Assembly (NCBI GenBank): GCA_030390025.1
Contig: JASTWF010000495.1
Span: forward strand, 310,001-353,090
Length of the DNA stretch: 43,090 nt
Origin: Squalus acanthias
Lineage: Eukaryota
Reading direction: 5' to 3'
Shown: positions 1 to 13,200 of the stretch, one piece after another
How positions within the stretch are numbered: the first letter of the stretch is position 1
Layout: each line of letters opens with the position of its first letter
Notes under the pieces: model-generated
The model's database searches: none
Seen by the model: only the letters and a program-made list of their open reading frames with translations
What the model was told of the DNA's origin: nothing
Position numbers and translations under genes: made by a program

Positions 1-1335
1 CCTGACCTGGGAGTCTTTGATGGGACAGTGTAGAGGGAGCTATCTCATGATTGCCCATGATGTCCTCTCCAATTATTGCTCTGATGGTCCCAACACTTGA
101 TAACCCTGATGATCGCTCCTCTTACGGCTTTTGACGCCTGTACCTGTTACAGGGAATAGACTGGTTTCAGAAAACAGAGGTTGCTTAAACCCTGCCTTAT
201 CCCAACACCATTCTCTCAAATTGATTCTCACTGCCGAAGCTGTTGGGAGGCACGGTGCCTGATATAAAGAGAGGGGAGACTTGGAAGTGTATAAAGCAAG
301 AGGTGAACATGGCGGCCATTGAATAGTGGGTCCTCATATTCGAAGGATGGGAGGGAGAATTCGTAAGGGGTCATTTTGGGAGTCTGTTCTCCCTGCCTGG
401 AGTCTCAGTACATGGGAGCGGGGTCGGAGACGGGACTGATTGTACAACCTGCGATCATGCCCAGTGAGACTGTACATCAGTAGCAGGGTGTGGTCATGTG
501 ACCTGGTAATACATGGACTGGGAGGGGCTTGGGCTGCTTTGTGACATCGTTCCTGGCTGCTGTTGTGATTGTCTTGTGGCTCCTTTGTGATGTCACCTGG
601 AGACAGGTTTACGCCCCTGGTTACAGATCAGCAAGATGTCACTGTGGGAGGAGCTGGAGTCGGCAGCAGTCTGGCGAGTGAGTTTAGTCCCTGTAAATAG
701 GGGAAGGAAAGAAAAGAACAATTTAACAGTAAAGTAAGTAATTCAACCAAATGCCATTAATTGTAAATATATTGAACTGATCATAGTCACAAAAACAGTC
801 CCACTGTATTCCAGTTACAGATTGTAAAATTAATAATCATTTTTATATTACCAGTTTCTTGAGTGAGCAATATCTCTGGAAGGTGGAGAGAGAGAAGTCG
901 AATCATCACCACACTAACTGGAACTGGAGAAATGTCACTGGGTTCACAGAGCAGATCTGGTGGGACAAGACCTTCAGTGTCGATGACAGGATAAAACGGG
1001 AAGCTTCAACAATGATTGGAAAGGTAAGGAACTCTACTGAGAATCCCATTAGTTCAGGATTCAGAGCTGAGAGTCTAACCAGATACTGGGAGCTGTTCAA
1101 CATCTGTCATAAGGCTTGGACTTTGATGCGGCATTTGACCGGAGCTTACCTCGTACATAAACCTTGCCCGCACCTCACCTGGGAGTGTTTGACACCTACA
1201 TGTAGAGGGATTTTTATTCTGTATTGATCCCATGCTGTGCCTGAGCTGGTGTGCTTCATTGGGTAGTGTAAAGGGAGCTGTACACTGCACTGAACACATT
1301 CTGTATCTGAGTTGGCTGTTCTTGGTGAACTAATT

Positions 1336-2690
1336 TAGAGGGAGCTTTACTCTGTATCTAACCCGTGCTCTGCGACTGTTTGATGGGACAGTGTAGAGGG
1401 AGCTTCACTCTGTATTCAACCCGTGCTGTACCTGCCCTGGAACAGTTTGATGGGACTGTGTAGTGGGATCTTTTCACTCTATCTAACCCGTGCTCTACCT
1501 GACCTGAGAGTTATTGATGCAACGATGTAGAGGGAGCTTTACTCTGCATCTAACCCGTGCTGTACCTGACCTGGGAGTGTTTGATGGGAAAGTGTAGATT
1601 GAGCTTCACTCTTTATCTAACCCTTGCTGTACCTGCCCTGGGACTGTTTGATAGGAAAGTGTAGAGGGAGCCTTACTCTATATCTAACCCGTGCTGTACC
1701 TTCCCTGGGACTGTTTGATAGGACAGTGTTAGAGGGTTATTTACACTATACCTAACCCGTGCTATAGCTGACCTGGGAGTATTTGATAGGACTGTATAGA
1801 GGGAGCTTTACTCTTTATCTAACCCGTGCTGTACCTGCCCTGGGATTGTTTGATGGGACTGTGTACAGGGAACCTTACACTGTTCTAACCCTTGCTATAC
1901 CTGACCTGAGAATTTTTGATGGGACAGTGTAGACAGAAATCTACGCCGTATCTAACCTGTGCTATACCTGCACTGGGACTGTATGGTGGGACAGTGTAGA
2001 GGGAGCTTTACTCTGTAGCTAACCCGTGCTATACCCGACTTGGAAGTGTTTGATGGGACAGTGTAGAGGGAGCTTTACTCTGATCTAACCCAGGCTGTAC
2101 CTGACTTGGGAGTGTTTGATTTAGATGCTGCAGAGAGAACTTTACTTTGTATCTTACCTGTGCTATACCTCACCTGAGCGTGTATGATGGTTCAGTGTAG
2201 AGGGATATTTACACTATACCTAACCTGTGTGATACCTGACTGGGGAGTGTTTCATGCGACTGTGTACAGGGTGCTTTACACTGTATCTAACCCGTGCTGT
2301 ACCTGACCTGGGAATTTTTGATGGGACAGTGTAGACGGAGATATTCTCTGTATCTAACACATGCTGTACCTTCCCTGGGACTATTTGATAGGACAGTGTA
2401 CAGGGAACTTTACACTGTTCTAACCCGTGCTATACCTGACCTGAGAATTTTTGATCGGACAGTGTAGACAGAAATTTACGCCATATCTAACCCATGCTTC
2501 ACCTGTCCTGGGAGTGTTTGATGGGACAGTGTAGAGGGAGCCTTACTCTGTATCTAACCCATGCTTCACCTGTCCTGGGAGTATTTGATGGGACAGTGTA
2601 GAGGGATATTTACTCTGTATCTAACCTGTGCTATACCTGACCTGGGAGTGTTTGATGGGAGCTTTACTCTACATCTAACCCATGCTATGC
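1336..2690. repeat. Diverged ~67-bp tandem satellite (also at 1-45 and 3490-3630)
   Basis: Unit gtgtagagggagctttactctgtatctaacccgtgctgtacctgccctgggagtgtttgatgggaca, about 20 copies. Confidence 0.9.
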
Positions 2691-3254
2691 ACAAGAAATA
2701 GGAGGAGGAGGAGGCCATTCGGCCCTTCGAGCCTGCTCCGCCATTTACTAAGATCATGGCTGATCTTCGACCTCATCTCCACTTTCCTGCCCTATCCTCA
2801 TATCCCTTGATTCCCTTAATATTCAAAAATCTATGGATCTCTGTCTTGAATATACTCAACGACTGAGCCTCCACAGCCCTCTGGGGTAGAGAATTCCAAA
2901 GATTCACCAGCCTCTGAGTGAAGAAATTTCTCCTCCTCTCAGTCCTAAATGGACGACCCCTTATTCTGAGACTGTGACCCCTGGTTCTAGACTCTCCAGC
3001 CAGGGGAAACATCCTCCCTGCATCTACCCTGACAAACCCTGTAAGAATTTTGTATGTTTCAATGAGATCACCTCTCATTCTTCTAAACTCTAGAGAATAT
3101 AGGCCTAGTCTGCTCCATCTCTCCTCATAGGAATGATCCCCCTATCTCAGGAACCAGTCTGGTGAACCTTCGTTGCACTCCCTCTATGGCAAGTATATCC
3201 TTCCTTAGGTAAGGAGACCAAAACTGTACACAATACTCCAGGTGTGGTCTCACC
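2691..3254 (-). mobile_element. CR1 LINE 3' fragment
   Basis: RGDLIETYKIL..TRGHSL..FFTQRLVNLWNSLP plus CR1 3' tail. Confidence 0.9.
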
Positions 3255-3985
3255 ATCAAGCTCACCCTTTGATGCAGCAAGTTGACCGGAGCTCAACTCG
3301 TATGTAAACCTTGCCCAGACCTCACCTGGGAATGCTGGACACCTCCGTGTAGAGGGATTTTTATTCAGTATCAATCCCATGCTGTACCTGAGCTGGTGTG
3401 CTTCATTGGGTAGTGTAAAGGGAGCTGTACGCTGCTTTTAACACATTCTGTATCTGAGGTGGCTGTGCTTGTTGAACCAATTGAGAGAGAGCTTTACTCT
3501 GTACCTAACTCGTGCAATACCTGATCTGGGAGTGTTTGATGGGACAGTGTAGAGGGTGCTTTACTCTGTATCTCCCCCGTGCTGTACCTGGCCTGGGAGT
3601 GTTTGATGGGACAGTGTAGAGGGAGCTTTACCCCATTATTGCACATGATTTCCCCTCCAATTATTGCTCCGATGGTCCCTGAATCTGACACCCCTGATGA
3701 TATCACTGATTATTGCTGCTGACACCCCTTTCTATTACAGGGTATAGACTGGTTTCAGAACAGAGGACTGTAATATCCCTGCCGTATCCCAAAACCATTG
3801 CCTGAAGCTGCCACTCACCGCCAAAGTAGGAGGGAGACACACTGCCTGATATAAAGAGAAGGGAGACTTTGAGGTGTATAATGCAAGAGGTGGGCATGGG
3901 GGCCATTGAATAGTGGGTCCTCACAGTTTGAGGATGGGAGGGAGAATTCGTGAGGGGTAATTTTGGGAGTCTGTGCTCCCTGTGG

Positions 3986-4165
<180 letters not shown>

Positions 4166-4420
4166 GAGGGAAACTGTTGAATGGACTGGATTCACAACTG
4201 TCCCTGTTTCACTGAGATTCACAGAGTGAAACCAACTATAAACACTTGAGGTTTCAGTAATTTGATGTTTAGAATGGTCTCCTTTGCTGCAGTAACTGTG
4301 CCAATGAAGTTGATTATATCACTGCTCACAATCTCACGGCACAATATCGCACTTTCCCCCTGTGAGTTACAGGAATAAATGTCGGCTAAAAACATTGTAT
4401 TTCCACAAGGGAGAGTGTAA

Positions 4421-4706
4421 TTATAGGAACAGGAGTCGGCCACTTAGCCCCTCGAGCCTGTTCCGCCATTCAGTGAGATCATGGCTGATCTGTGACCTAA
4501 CTCCATATACCCTCCTTTGCCCCATATCCCTTCATACCGTTGGTTAACAAAAATCTATCAATCTCAGATTTAAAATTAACAATTGACCTCATCAATTGCT
4601 GTTTGCGGAAGAGAGTTCCAAACTTCGACCACCCTTTGTGTGTAGAAGTGTTTGCTAACTTCGCTCCTTAAAGGCCTGGCTCTAATTTTGAGATTGTGCC
4701 CCGGAA
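4421..4706 (-). mobile_element. CR1 LINE 3' fragment
   Basis: GHNLKIRARPLRSEVSKHFYTQRVVEVWNSLP plus 3' tail. Confidence 0.85.
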
Positions 4707-4934
4707 CACGATGGATATCCTGATCCTGGAGCGATTGAGCCCAGTTTGATACTTGACCTTCTTGTAGGCGTGGACAATTCACAAACAAAGTCTGTGGTGT
4801 GAAGAGTGCAGGTCAATTCTGGCTCTCGATGAAGGGCAAATGGCACAGAATGAAAGACAGCTGCCATGTGGGAGAGAGAAAAAAATATATATAATAAATG
4901 AAATGAATGGAGAAAAGAAAGGAATAGGGGCCGA

Positions 4935-5140
4935 GGTTATGTTCTGAAATTGTTGAACTCTATGTTGAGTCCAGATGGCTGTAAAGTGCCTAATCGAAAG
5001 ATGAGATGCTTTTCCTCGAGTTTACGTTGAGCTTCCTTGGAACAGTGTAAGAGGGTGAGGTCTGAGTGGGAGTGGAGCGGAGAATTAAACTGATAGGCGA
5101 CCAGAAGCTCGGGGTCACCCTTACGGACTGACTATAAACA
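4935..5140 (-). mobile_element. Penelope-like element fragment (end of GIY-YIG domain)
   Basis: Reverse-complement similarity to 5990-6200. Confidence 0.7.
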
Positions 5141-5384
5141 GTGTTGATCTCGGTGGAGAAAGTAATTGGGGTGGAGATGGGAAGGTGCTTCACAGGAGCG
5201 TTATCAAACAAAATTTGACAGCGAGCTACATAAGGAGATATTAGGAAAGATAACCAAAAGCTTTATCAAAGAGGTAGGTGAGAAATAGGAGGGGGCGAAG
5301 GATAGATGCTTAGGGCACTCCAGAGGTAATGGTGCGGGAGCAGGAAGAGAAGCCATTGCAGGTGATTCATCTTCTCCGATCTCT

Positions 5385-5576
5385 CCACGTTACTGAAGTC
5401 CCTCATCCCTGGTACTATTCCAGTAAATCTCCTCTGCACCCTCTCCAAGGCCTTGACATCCTTCCACGAGTGTGGTGCCCAGAATTGGACAATATACTCC
5501 AGCTGTGTCCTAACCAGTGTTTTATAAACGTTTAGCATAACGTCCTTGCTTTTGAACTCTTTGCCTCTATTTATTA
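5385..5576 (-). mobile_element. CR1 RT fragment
   Basis: YKTLVRTQLEYIVQFWAPH..ALERVQRRFT. Confidence 0.8.
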
Positions 5577-5654
5577 AAAAAAAGACTTGCAATACTGAGC
5601 CTTTCACGACCGCAGGACATCCCAAAGCGCTTTACAGCCAAATAAGTACTCCTC

Positions 5655-6440
5655 CAACATGATCCCCCCCCACCAAACGCATCTTCCCCTCACCTCCGCA
5701 ATCAGCATTCCGAAGGGATCGCTCCCTCCGCGACACTCTGGTTCATCCTCAATCACTCCCAACAGCCCTTCCCCTTCTCCCGGCACCTTCCCGTGCAAGC
5801 GCAGGAGATGCAACACCTGCCCTTTTACCTCCTCCCTTCCCACTGTCCAGGGCCCCAAACACTCCTTCCAGGTGAAACAGCGATTTACTTGTACTTCTTG
5901 CAATTTAATATACTGTATTCGCTGCTCACGATGCGGTCTCCTCTACATTGGGGAGACCAAACGCAGATTGGGTGACCGCTTTGCGGAACACCTCCGTTCA
6001 TTCTGCAAGGGTGACCCCGAGCTTCCAGTCGCCTGTCACTTTAATTCTCCACTTCGCTCCCACTCTGACCTCACCATCCTCGGCCTCTTACACTGTTCCA
6101 ACGAAGCTCAACGTAAGCTCGAGGAACAGCACCTCATCTTTCGATTCGGCACTTTACAGCCTTCTGGACTCAACATAGAGTTTAATAATTTCAGACTATA
6201 ACCCCTGCCCCCCTTTTTCAGGCTGTATGATTCTGCCATCCCCATTTGCAACATTGAATCTCTCCTGCCTCCTACCCTCGCACAGAATGTTCCTTCCTCC
6301 CCACCCTGCCCCCTTTCCCTGCCTCTGCACCTGCTTAAAACCGGTTACATCTCCAGCCTTTTCCAGTTCTGAAACGTTAACTCTGTTTCTGTCTCCACGG
6401 ATGCTGCCTGGCCTGCTGAGTGCTTCCAGCATTTTCTGTT
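5655..6440 (+). mobile_element. Penelope-like retroelement 3' part (GIY-YIG endonuclease plus tail)
   Basis: CKRRRCNTC..FTCTSCNLIYCIRCSRCGLLYIGETKRRLGDRFAEH..PSGLN. Confidence 0.88.
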
Positions 6441-6444
6441 GTTA

Positions 6445-6841
6445 TTTAAGTACTTTTGAAGTGTGGTTGCTGTTATAATGTAGGGAAACGTGGCAGCCAA
6501 TATATGCACAGCAAGCTCCCACAAACAGCAATGTGATAATGGCCAGATCATTTGTGTTTTTTAGTGATGTTGATTGAGGGATAAATATTGGCCAGGACAC
6601 CGGGGATAACTCCCCTGCTCTTCTTCGAAATGGTGCCATGGGATCTTTTACGTCCACCTGAGAGAGTAGACTCAGTTTAACGTCTCATCCGAAGGACGGC
6701 ACCTCCGACAGTGCAGCACTCCCTCAGCACTGCACTGGAGTGTCAGTCTCGATTTTTGTGCTCAAGTCCCTGGAGCGGGACTTAAACCCACAACCTTCTG
6801 ACTCAGCGGCGAGGGTGCTACCAACTGAGCCACAGCTGACA
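6445..6841 (-). mobile_element. tRNA-headed SINE, Deu-domain/SacSINE1-like (short second head at ~7095-7190)
   Basis: Head with A box TGGCTCAGTTGG and B-box-like GGTTTAAGTCCC; body gtcggaggtgccgtccttcggatgagacgttaaac. Family name is from memory. Confidence 0.7.
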
Positions 6842-7879
6842 GTTAAGGGCTGGCTCGATGAGCACGAGGGAGAAAGGAATAGAAGGATATGCTGATAGGG
6901 TTAGATGAAGAGTGGTGGGAGGAGGCTCGTGTGGAGTACAAATGCCGACATAGACCGATTGGGCTGAAAGGCCTGTTCCTGTGATCTAGACTCTGTTCCC
7001 ACTGTGAAATCTGTATAGAATTACACAATCAGTTTTCTCGCATCTCAGTTATTAAATACAAGCTGGAACACTCTTTGAACACTGGCTCACCTTCTCACTG
7101 GAGTGTCAGCCTAGATTTTAGTGCTAGAGTGGGACTTGAACCCACTGCCTTCTGACTGAGGGGCAAGGGTGCCCACTGAGCTGTGGCTGACTCTGTAAAA
7201 CCCAGGAGCCCTTAGGCTTTTTTAAGCAGCCTTCTCAAATTGTCCTGCCACCTTCAGCGATTTGTGCAGATACACCCCCAGGTCTCTCTGTTCCTGCGCC
7301 TCCTTTAAAATGGTCCCATTTAGTTTATATGTGCCTCCCCTCAACCAAGTACCCAGACTGATTCACTTCCACATGGAAGTACTGGAAATGACACACCCAC
7401 CCAGATCTGTGGTGGGCCATCAAAGGCAGGAACCACTGCTTGGGGAGGTGGAGCTGGACAGGGTCTTGAAGGTTAATTGTCGTCAGCTTCCTGCATTCTA
7501 GGTCCTAATCTGAAATGCCGGGCTGGCATGGTACAAGGACATTGCGGTCCGGCTAAAGCCTTCTTTTGTGAAGACAGATGCAAAGTACTCATTTAATCTT
7601 CTCCAATAATCCCCCGTGTGGCACCTTGTCAAAGGCTTTCCTAAAGTCCATGTGCCCCACATTCACTGCATTTCCCCATCACCATGTCTGTCACCTCCCC
7701 AAAGAATGCTGTGAGCTTTGGCAAGCACGATCTTCCCTTTTGAAATCTGTGCTTGCAACTTATTTACTGTTATTATTTCCTCTTCCCCTGGATACCTGGT
7801 AGCTTCATCCTTAAAACACTCAATTTTCCCCAATACAGGTTCATTAGTTTTGAACTGAGGAGTGTGCAGACAGAGACAG

Positions 7880-8370
7880 TAAGTGGAGTACGGACCTCCT
7901 TTATTGAAGAAATTGCAGGAAAGACCATCAGCAGGAACAGATTCCCGTTTGCAAAGCACAAGCCCCCCGTCCCCACCCAAAAAAAAACCTCATGCACAGG
8001 TTCCCTGACCTCCCCCCGACGATAACCCCCCCAATACCCCCACCTGGAGACTCTGAGGGAGCAGACCCCCGCTCTACACACTCCCCTCGCAGTGAATGAA
8101 TCGGCACTGAGTAAATCAGAATCCTGGAGTATGTGCAGAGTAAACAGAGCAGAGCAAAGCTCAAATCATCCGGCTCAAAGAGAGAAATCCCAGACATTTA
8201 ATAATCTGCAATTGCCACAATTCCTATTACAGAGTCACAGATGTGGAGCCGCCTTCAGTCACTCGCCGTCACCTCGATGAAATCACAACCTTCCCGACCT
8301 CTCATCAACTCCTGCTGCTGATCTCGGGGAACTCAAGTCCCTTGAGTACCAGCCGGGACACGGGAGGCCA
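7880..8370 (-). other. Probable non-coding terminal exon (3'UTR) of the class I gene
   Basis: Branch-point-like CTAAT plus tctcttcccCAG acceptor at 8372-8371; ATTAAA at 8202-8197; AATAAA at 7905-7900 followed by TGTCTCTGTCTG. A donor follows the stop codon at 10210/10209. Confidence 0.55.
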
Positions 8371-8403
8371 CTGGGGAAGAGAATTAGATTGTTACATAGA
8401 AAG

Positions 8404-9862
8404 GAAAACCCATCAGACCCAGTAAACCCCCGCAAACACCAGCAGCAAAACTGTGCAGACAAACCACCCGCACAAACTCCAGCAGCAAAACCCAGCAGAC
8501 CCCTCCACCCCACAAACACCAGCAGCACTTGCCTGGATGAGTGCAGCTCCAACAACACTCAAGAAGCTCGACACCATCAAGGACAAAGCAGCCCGCTTGA
8601 TTGGCACCCCATCCACCACCTTAAACATTCACACCCTCCACCACCGGCGTACCGTGGCTGCAGTGTGTACCATCTACAAGATGCACTGCAGCAACTCACC
8701 AAGGCTTCTTCGGCAGCAACTCCCAAACCCGCAACCTCTTCCACCTAGAAGGACAAGGGCAGCAGGTGCATGGGAACACCACCACCTCCAAGTTCCCCTC
8801 CAAGTCACACACCATCCTGACTTAGAAGTATGTCGCTGGGTCAAAATCCTGGAACTCCCTACCTAACAGCACTGTGGGAGTACCTTCACCACGCGGACTG
8901 CAGCGGTTCAAGTAGGAGGCTCACCACCACCTTCTCAAGGGCAATTAGGGATGGGCAATAAATGCTGGCCTTGAGAGCGACGCACACATCCCATAAAAAA
9001 TAATTTAAAAAACCAGCAGACGCCTCACTCCAACAAACACCATCAAAACCCATCAGTGCCACCCAACAAACACCAGAAAAAAACCATCAGACCCACCCCC
9101 AAACACCAGCAAAACCCATCAGACCCACCCCAAAACACCAGCAAAACCCATCAGACCCACACCCAAACACCAGCAAAACCCATCAGACCCACCCCAAACA
9201 CCAGCAAAACCATCAGACCCACACCCAAACACCAGCAAAACCCATCAGACCTACCCCAAAACACGAGCAAAACCCATCAGACCCACACCACAAACACCAG
9301 CAAAACCCATCAGACCCACCCCACAAACACCAGCAAAACCCATCAGACCCACCCCAAAACACCAGCAAAATCCATCAGACCCACCCCGAAACACCAGCAA
9401 AACCCTTCAGACCCACACCCAAACACCATCAAAACCCATCAGACCCACACCCAAACACCAGCAAAATCCATCAGACCCACCCCGAAACACCAGCAAAACC
9501 CATCAGACCCACACCCAAACACCATCAAACCCACACCCAAACACCATCAAAACCCATCAGACCCACCCCACAAACACCAGCAAAACCCATCAGACCCACA
9601 CCCAAACACCAGCAAAACCCATCAGACCCACACCACAAACACCAGCAAAACCCATCAGACCCACACCACAAACACCAGCAAAACCCATCAGACCCACACC
9701 ACAAACACCAGCAAAACCCATCAGACCCACACCCAAACACCATCAAACCCACACCCAAACACCATCAAAACCCATCAGACCCACACCACAAACACCAGCA
9801 AAACCCATCAGACCCACACCCAAACACCAGCAAAATCCATCAGACCCAACGCACAAACACCA
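8404..9862. repeat. ~30-bp C/A-rich minisatellite interrupted by a LINE fragment
   Basis: Unit aaacaccagcaaaacccatcagacccacccc at 8404-8527 and 9010-9862. Confidence 0.9.
8528..9000 (+). mobile_element. Non-LTR retrotransposon (CR1/L2 group) 3' fragment
   Basis: AWMSAAPTTLKKLDTIKDKAARLIG..HRRTVAAVCTIYKM; same family as 24712-25650; A-rich end. Confidence 0.85.
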
Positions 9863-10210
9863 GTAATATTGAATCCTGGGGGAGCAACAACACTGGGAAA
9901 TTCGACTCCCCTGAGGAAATCGATTATCTGACAGGAGGCCACATCCAGGGTGAGAGGTTTCTGGACACCTTTACCCCACTCCCCTCCCCCACAAGATATC
10001 TCCAGCCTCAGACCGTACAGGACCAGCCATCTCCAGAAGGCCCGTCTCAGTGCTGAATTTACGGCCCGGTCTTTAGGGACAAGACAGGGAGAGGCAGGCA
10101 CTGTGCTCAGATTCCACCCTTGAGATTGTACAGTAAACACCTGCTGTAATAGCCCAGTTAGAAGGCCAGGGAAGGATCTGCTCACACTATTGATCAACAC
10201 TTTTCATACC

Positions 10211-10257
10211 TCAGGCATTGGCGGAGGAGCTGCAGGAGGATTCCCCTTGATTAGAAG
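10211..10257 (-). CDS. MHC class I exon 7, cytoplasmic (TSNQGESSCSSSANA*)
   Basis: Acceptor ccttccattaacAG, Ser-rich tail typical of class I, TGA followed by G|GTATGA donor. Confidence 0.82.
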
Positions 10258-13200
10258 CTGTTAATGGAAGGACAGGCATTAATAAACTGTTCATTGTCAT
10301 AGAGAGAGAGAGAGCGAGACAGAGAGAAATAGAGAGACAGAAGGAGGGAGACAGAGCCAGAAAAAGAGAGACAGAGCCAGTCACAGAGTGAGAGACAGAG
10401 CCAGAAACAGAGANNNNNNNNNNNNNNNNNNNNNNNNNNNNNNNNNNNNNNNNNNNNNNNNNNNNNNNNNNNNNNNNNNNNNNNNNNNNNNNNNNNNNNN
10501 NNNNNNNNNNNNNNNNNNNNNNNNNNNNNNNNNNNNNNNNNNNNNNNNNNNNNNNNNNNNNNNNNNNNNNNNNNNNNNNNNNNNNNNNAGACAGTCACAG
10601 AGAGAGAGAGAGAGAGACAGAGACAGAGAGCCAGACAGACAGAGGGAGACACAGAGTAATAAACTGTTCAGTGTATCAGACACAGAATGAGCAACGATTC
10701 AGTGTTCCAGAGATGCAGAGGATGTTTGATGATCAGCTTACTGGTTGTAGGATTGTAGCCGCTCTTCCCTCCCACTGTAAAACAAGGAACGCTCAGTGAG
10801 TGACGAGACACCGACAGTCAGAGAAGAGAGAGGATCACCCCCCAACGTGGCTCTGCCCACCCAGAGCCCCAGCCCCGCCCCCTCCCCCAGATCCTCTCGC
10901 CCTCACCCAGAGCCCCTCCCCCCTAACCCAGAGCCCCAGCCCCTCACCCTGGGCCCCTTCCCCTCACCCAGAGCCCCGCCACCTCACCCAGAGACCCGCC
11001 CCCTCACCCAGATCCTCTCGCCCTCACCCAGAGCCCCGCCGCCTCACCCAGAGCCCCTCCCCCACACCCAGAGCCCCTACACCTGGGCCCTTCACCCTCC
11101 AGCCCAGTACACTTCCACCCACCACCGGGCCATCCCCCTGACACTGGGCCCCTGCCCCCCCCTTAAAGGACCCCGCCACCTCCAACCTGGCCCCTCCTCC
11201 CAATCCAGGCCCCTCCCTCCCTCCCCCAGTGGGGACGCGACCATTTTGTCTCCATTTCCTACCTTTCTTTCTGTAGATGACGACAGCTACAATGGAGAGA
11301 GCGATGAGCAGCCCGAGGACCCCAATCACACCAACAATAGCAGGGACCATGGACTCAGACTTCGGTACTGAGAGAGAGAGAGAGAGAGTGAGAGAATCAG
11401 AGACAGACAGGGATACACCGTGTCCTCATACTGTAATATCCCAAGATACACCGTGGACAGTAATATCCCAGGATCCACCGTGGACAGTAATATCCCAGGA
11501 TCCACCGTGGACAGTAATATCCCAGGATCCACCGTGGACAGTAATATCCCAGGATCCACCGTGGACTGTAATATCCCAGGATCCACCGTGGACTGTAATA
11601 TCCCAGGATCCACCGTGGACTGTAATATCCCAGGATCCACCGTGGACTGTAATATCCCAGGATCCACCGTGGACTGTAATATCCCAGGATCCACCGTGGA
11701 CTGTAATATCCCAGGATCCACCGTGGACTGTAATATCCCAGGATCCACCGTGGACTGTAATATCCCAGGATCCACCGTGGACTGTAATATCCCAGGATCC
11801 ACCGTGGACTGTAATATCCCAGGATCCACCGTGGACTGTAATATCCCAGGATCCACCGTGGACTGTAATATCCCAGGATCCACCGTGGACTGTAATATCC
11901 CAGGATCCACCGTGGACTGTAATATCCCAGGATCCACCGTGGACTGTAATATCCCAGGATCCACCGTGGACTGTAATATCCCAGGATCCACCGTGGACTG
12001 TAATATCCCAGGATCCACCGTGGACTGTAATATCCCAGGATCCACCGTGGACTGTAATATCCCAGGATACAGCGGCTCGATAAATGCTGTGATGACATGA
12101 ACATGTTGAAAGTTAATAATTCTTCCGCTCTCTCTGTAGCCTGACTCCAACCTGTCCCGGGCTGGGAGCTCAGCACTGACCCTCCCCCCTGTGGGTTTGT
12201 CCCAGGCTGGGAGCTCAGCACTGACCCTCCCTCCTGTGGGTCTGTCCTGGGCTGGGAGATCAGCACTGACCCTTCCTCCAGGTGGGTCTGTCCCGGGCTG
12301 GAGCTCAGCAAGGACCCTCCCTCCTGTGGGTCTGTCCCGAGGCTGGGAGCTCAGCACTGACCCTCCCTCCTGTGGGTCTGTCCCGGGCTGGGAGCTCAGC
12401 ACTGACCCTCCCTCCTGTGGGCCTGTCCCGGGCTGGGAGCTCAGCACTGACCCTCCCTCCTGTGGGTCTGTCCCAGGCTGGGTCCCCTCTAACAGTGAGA
12501 GAGAGTCTTACCATAAATCACCACCACCATCTCCTCCAGCCCACTGTGCTCCACCTGACAGGAATACTCAGCCTGGTCCTTGGGGTCAAACTCCACCCAT
12601 TTCTGGATCTGGTAGGTGCTGTCGTGATTGGGCAGGATCCCACTGGACTGAGTCTCATCGACCAACATTCCATCTCTCCACAGAGTCACCTCGATGGCTT
12701 GCGGGTAAAACCCGGTGACGACACAGAAGAGGCGGTTAGCTTCCCCCGGACGGATAAAGGACACGATGGGTGGGACTGAGAGAGAAAGAAAGAGGATTTA
12801 GTATAGGAACCGCGATATCGAGAGTCACTGCACCTCACTCGCCCACTCTCAGTCCCCCCTCACTCGCCCACTCTCAGTCCCCCCTCACTCGCCCACTCTC
12901 AGTCCCCCCTCACTCGCCCACTCTCAGTCCCCCCTCACTCGCCCACTCTCAGTCCCCCCTCACTCGCCCACTCTCAGTCCCCCCTCACTCGCCCACTCTC
13001 AGTCCCCCCTCACTCGCCCACTCTCAGTCCCCCCTCACTCGCCCACTCTCAGTCCCCCCTCACTCGCCCACTCTCAGTCCCCCCTCACTCGCCCACTCTC
13101 AGTCCCCCCTCACTCGCCCACTCTCAGTCCCCCCTCACTCGCCCACTCTCAGTCCCCCCTCACTCGCCCACTCTCAGTCCCCCCTCACTCGCCCACTCTC

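Noticed and set aside
144-690. Strong minus-strand acceptor at ~691 (reading ..TAADSSSSHSD..) as the last class I coding exon or another gene's exon
   Set aside because: A better phase-compatible exon 7 lies at 10257-10211. All frames here hit stops and I recognise no protein; it could be a pseudo-exon.
859-1227. 122-aa ORF
   Set aside because: Non-ATG start, no recognisable domain, and it runs into a duplicated block.
6361-6385. Penelope-associated hammerhead ribozyme
   Set aside because: Only CTGAAAC remains; the CTGANGA core and stem II are missing.
11263-11367. Gly-patterned TM suggesting class II or W-category MHC
   Set aside because: alpha1, alpha2 and alpha3 are in one chain with a class I exon structure.
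11430-12070. Palindromic 27-bp repeats resembling a CRISPR array
   Set aside because: No unique spacers, no cas genes, and the array lies in a vertebrate intron.
12151-12482. GAGCT/GGGCT pentamers resembling an Ig switch region
   Set aside because: Only ~7 units, little strand skew, and no Ig context.
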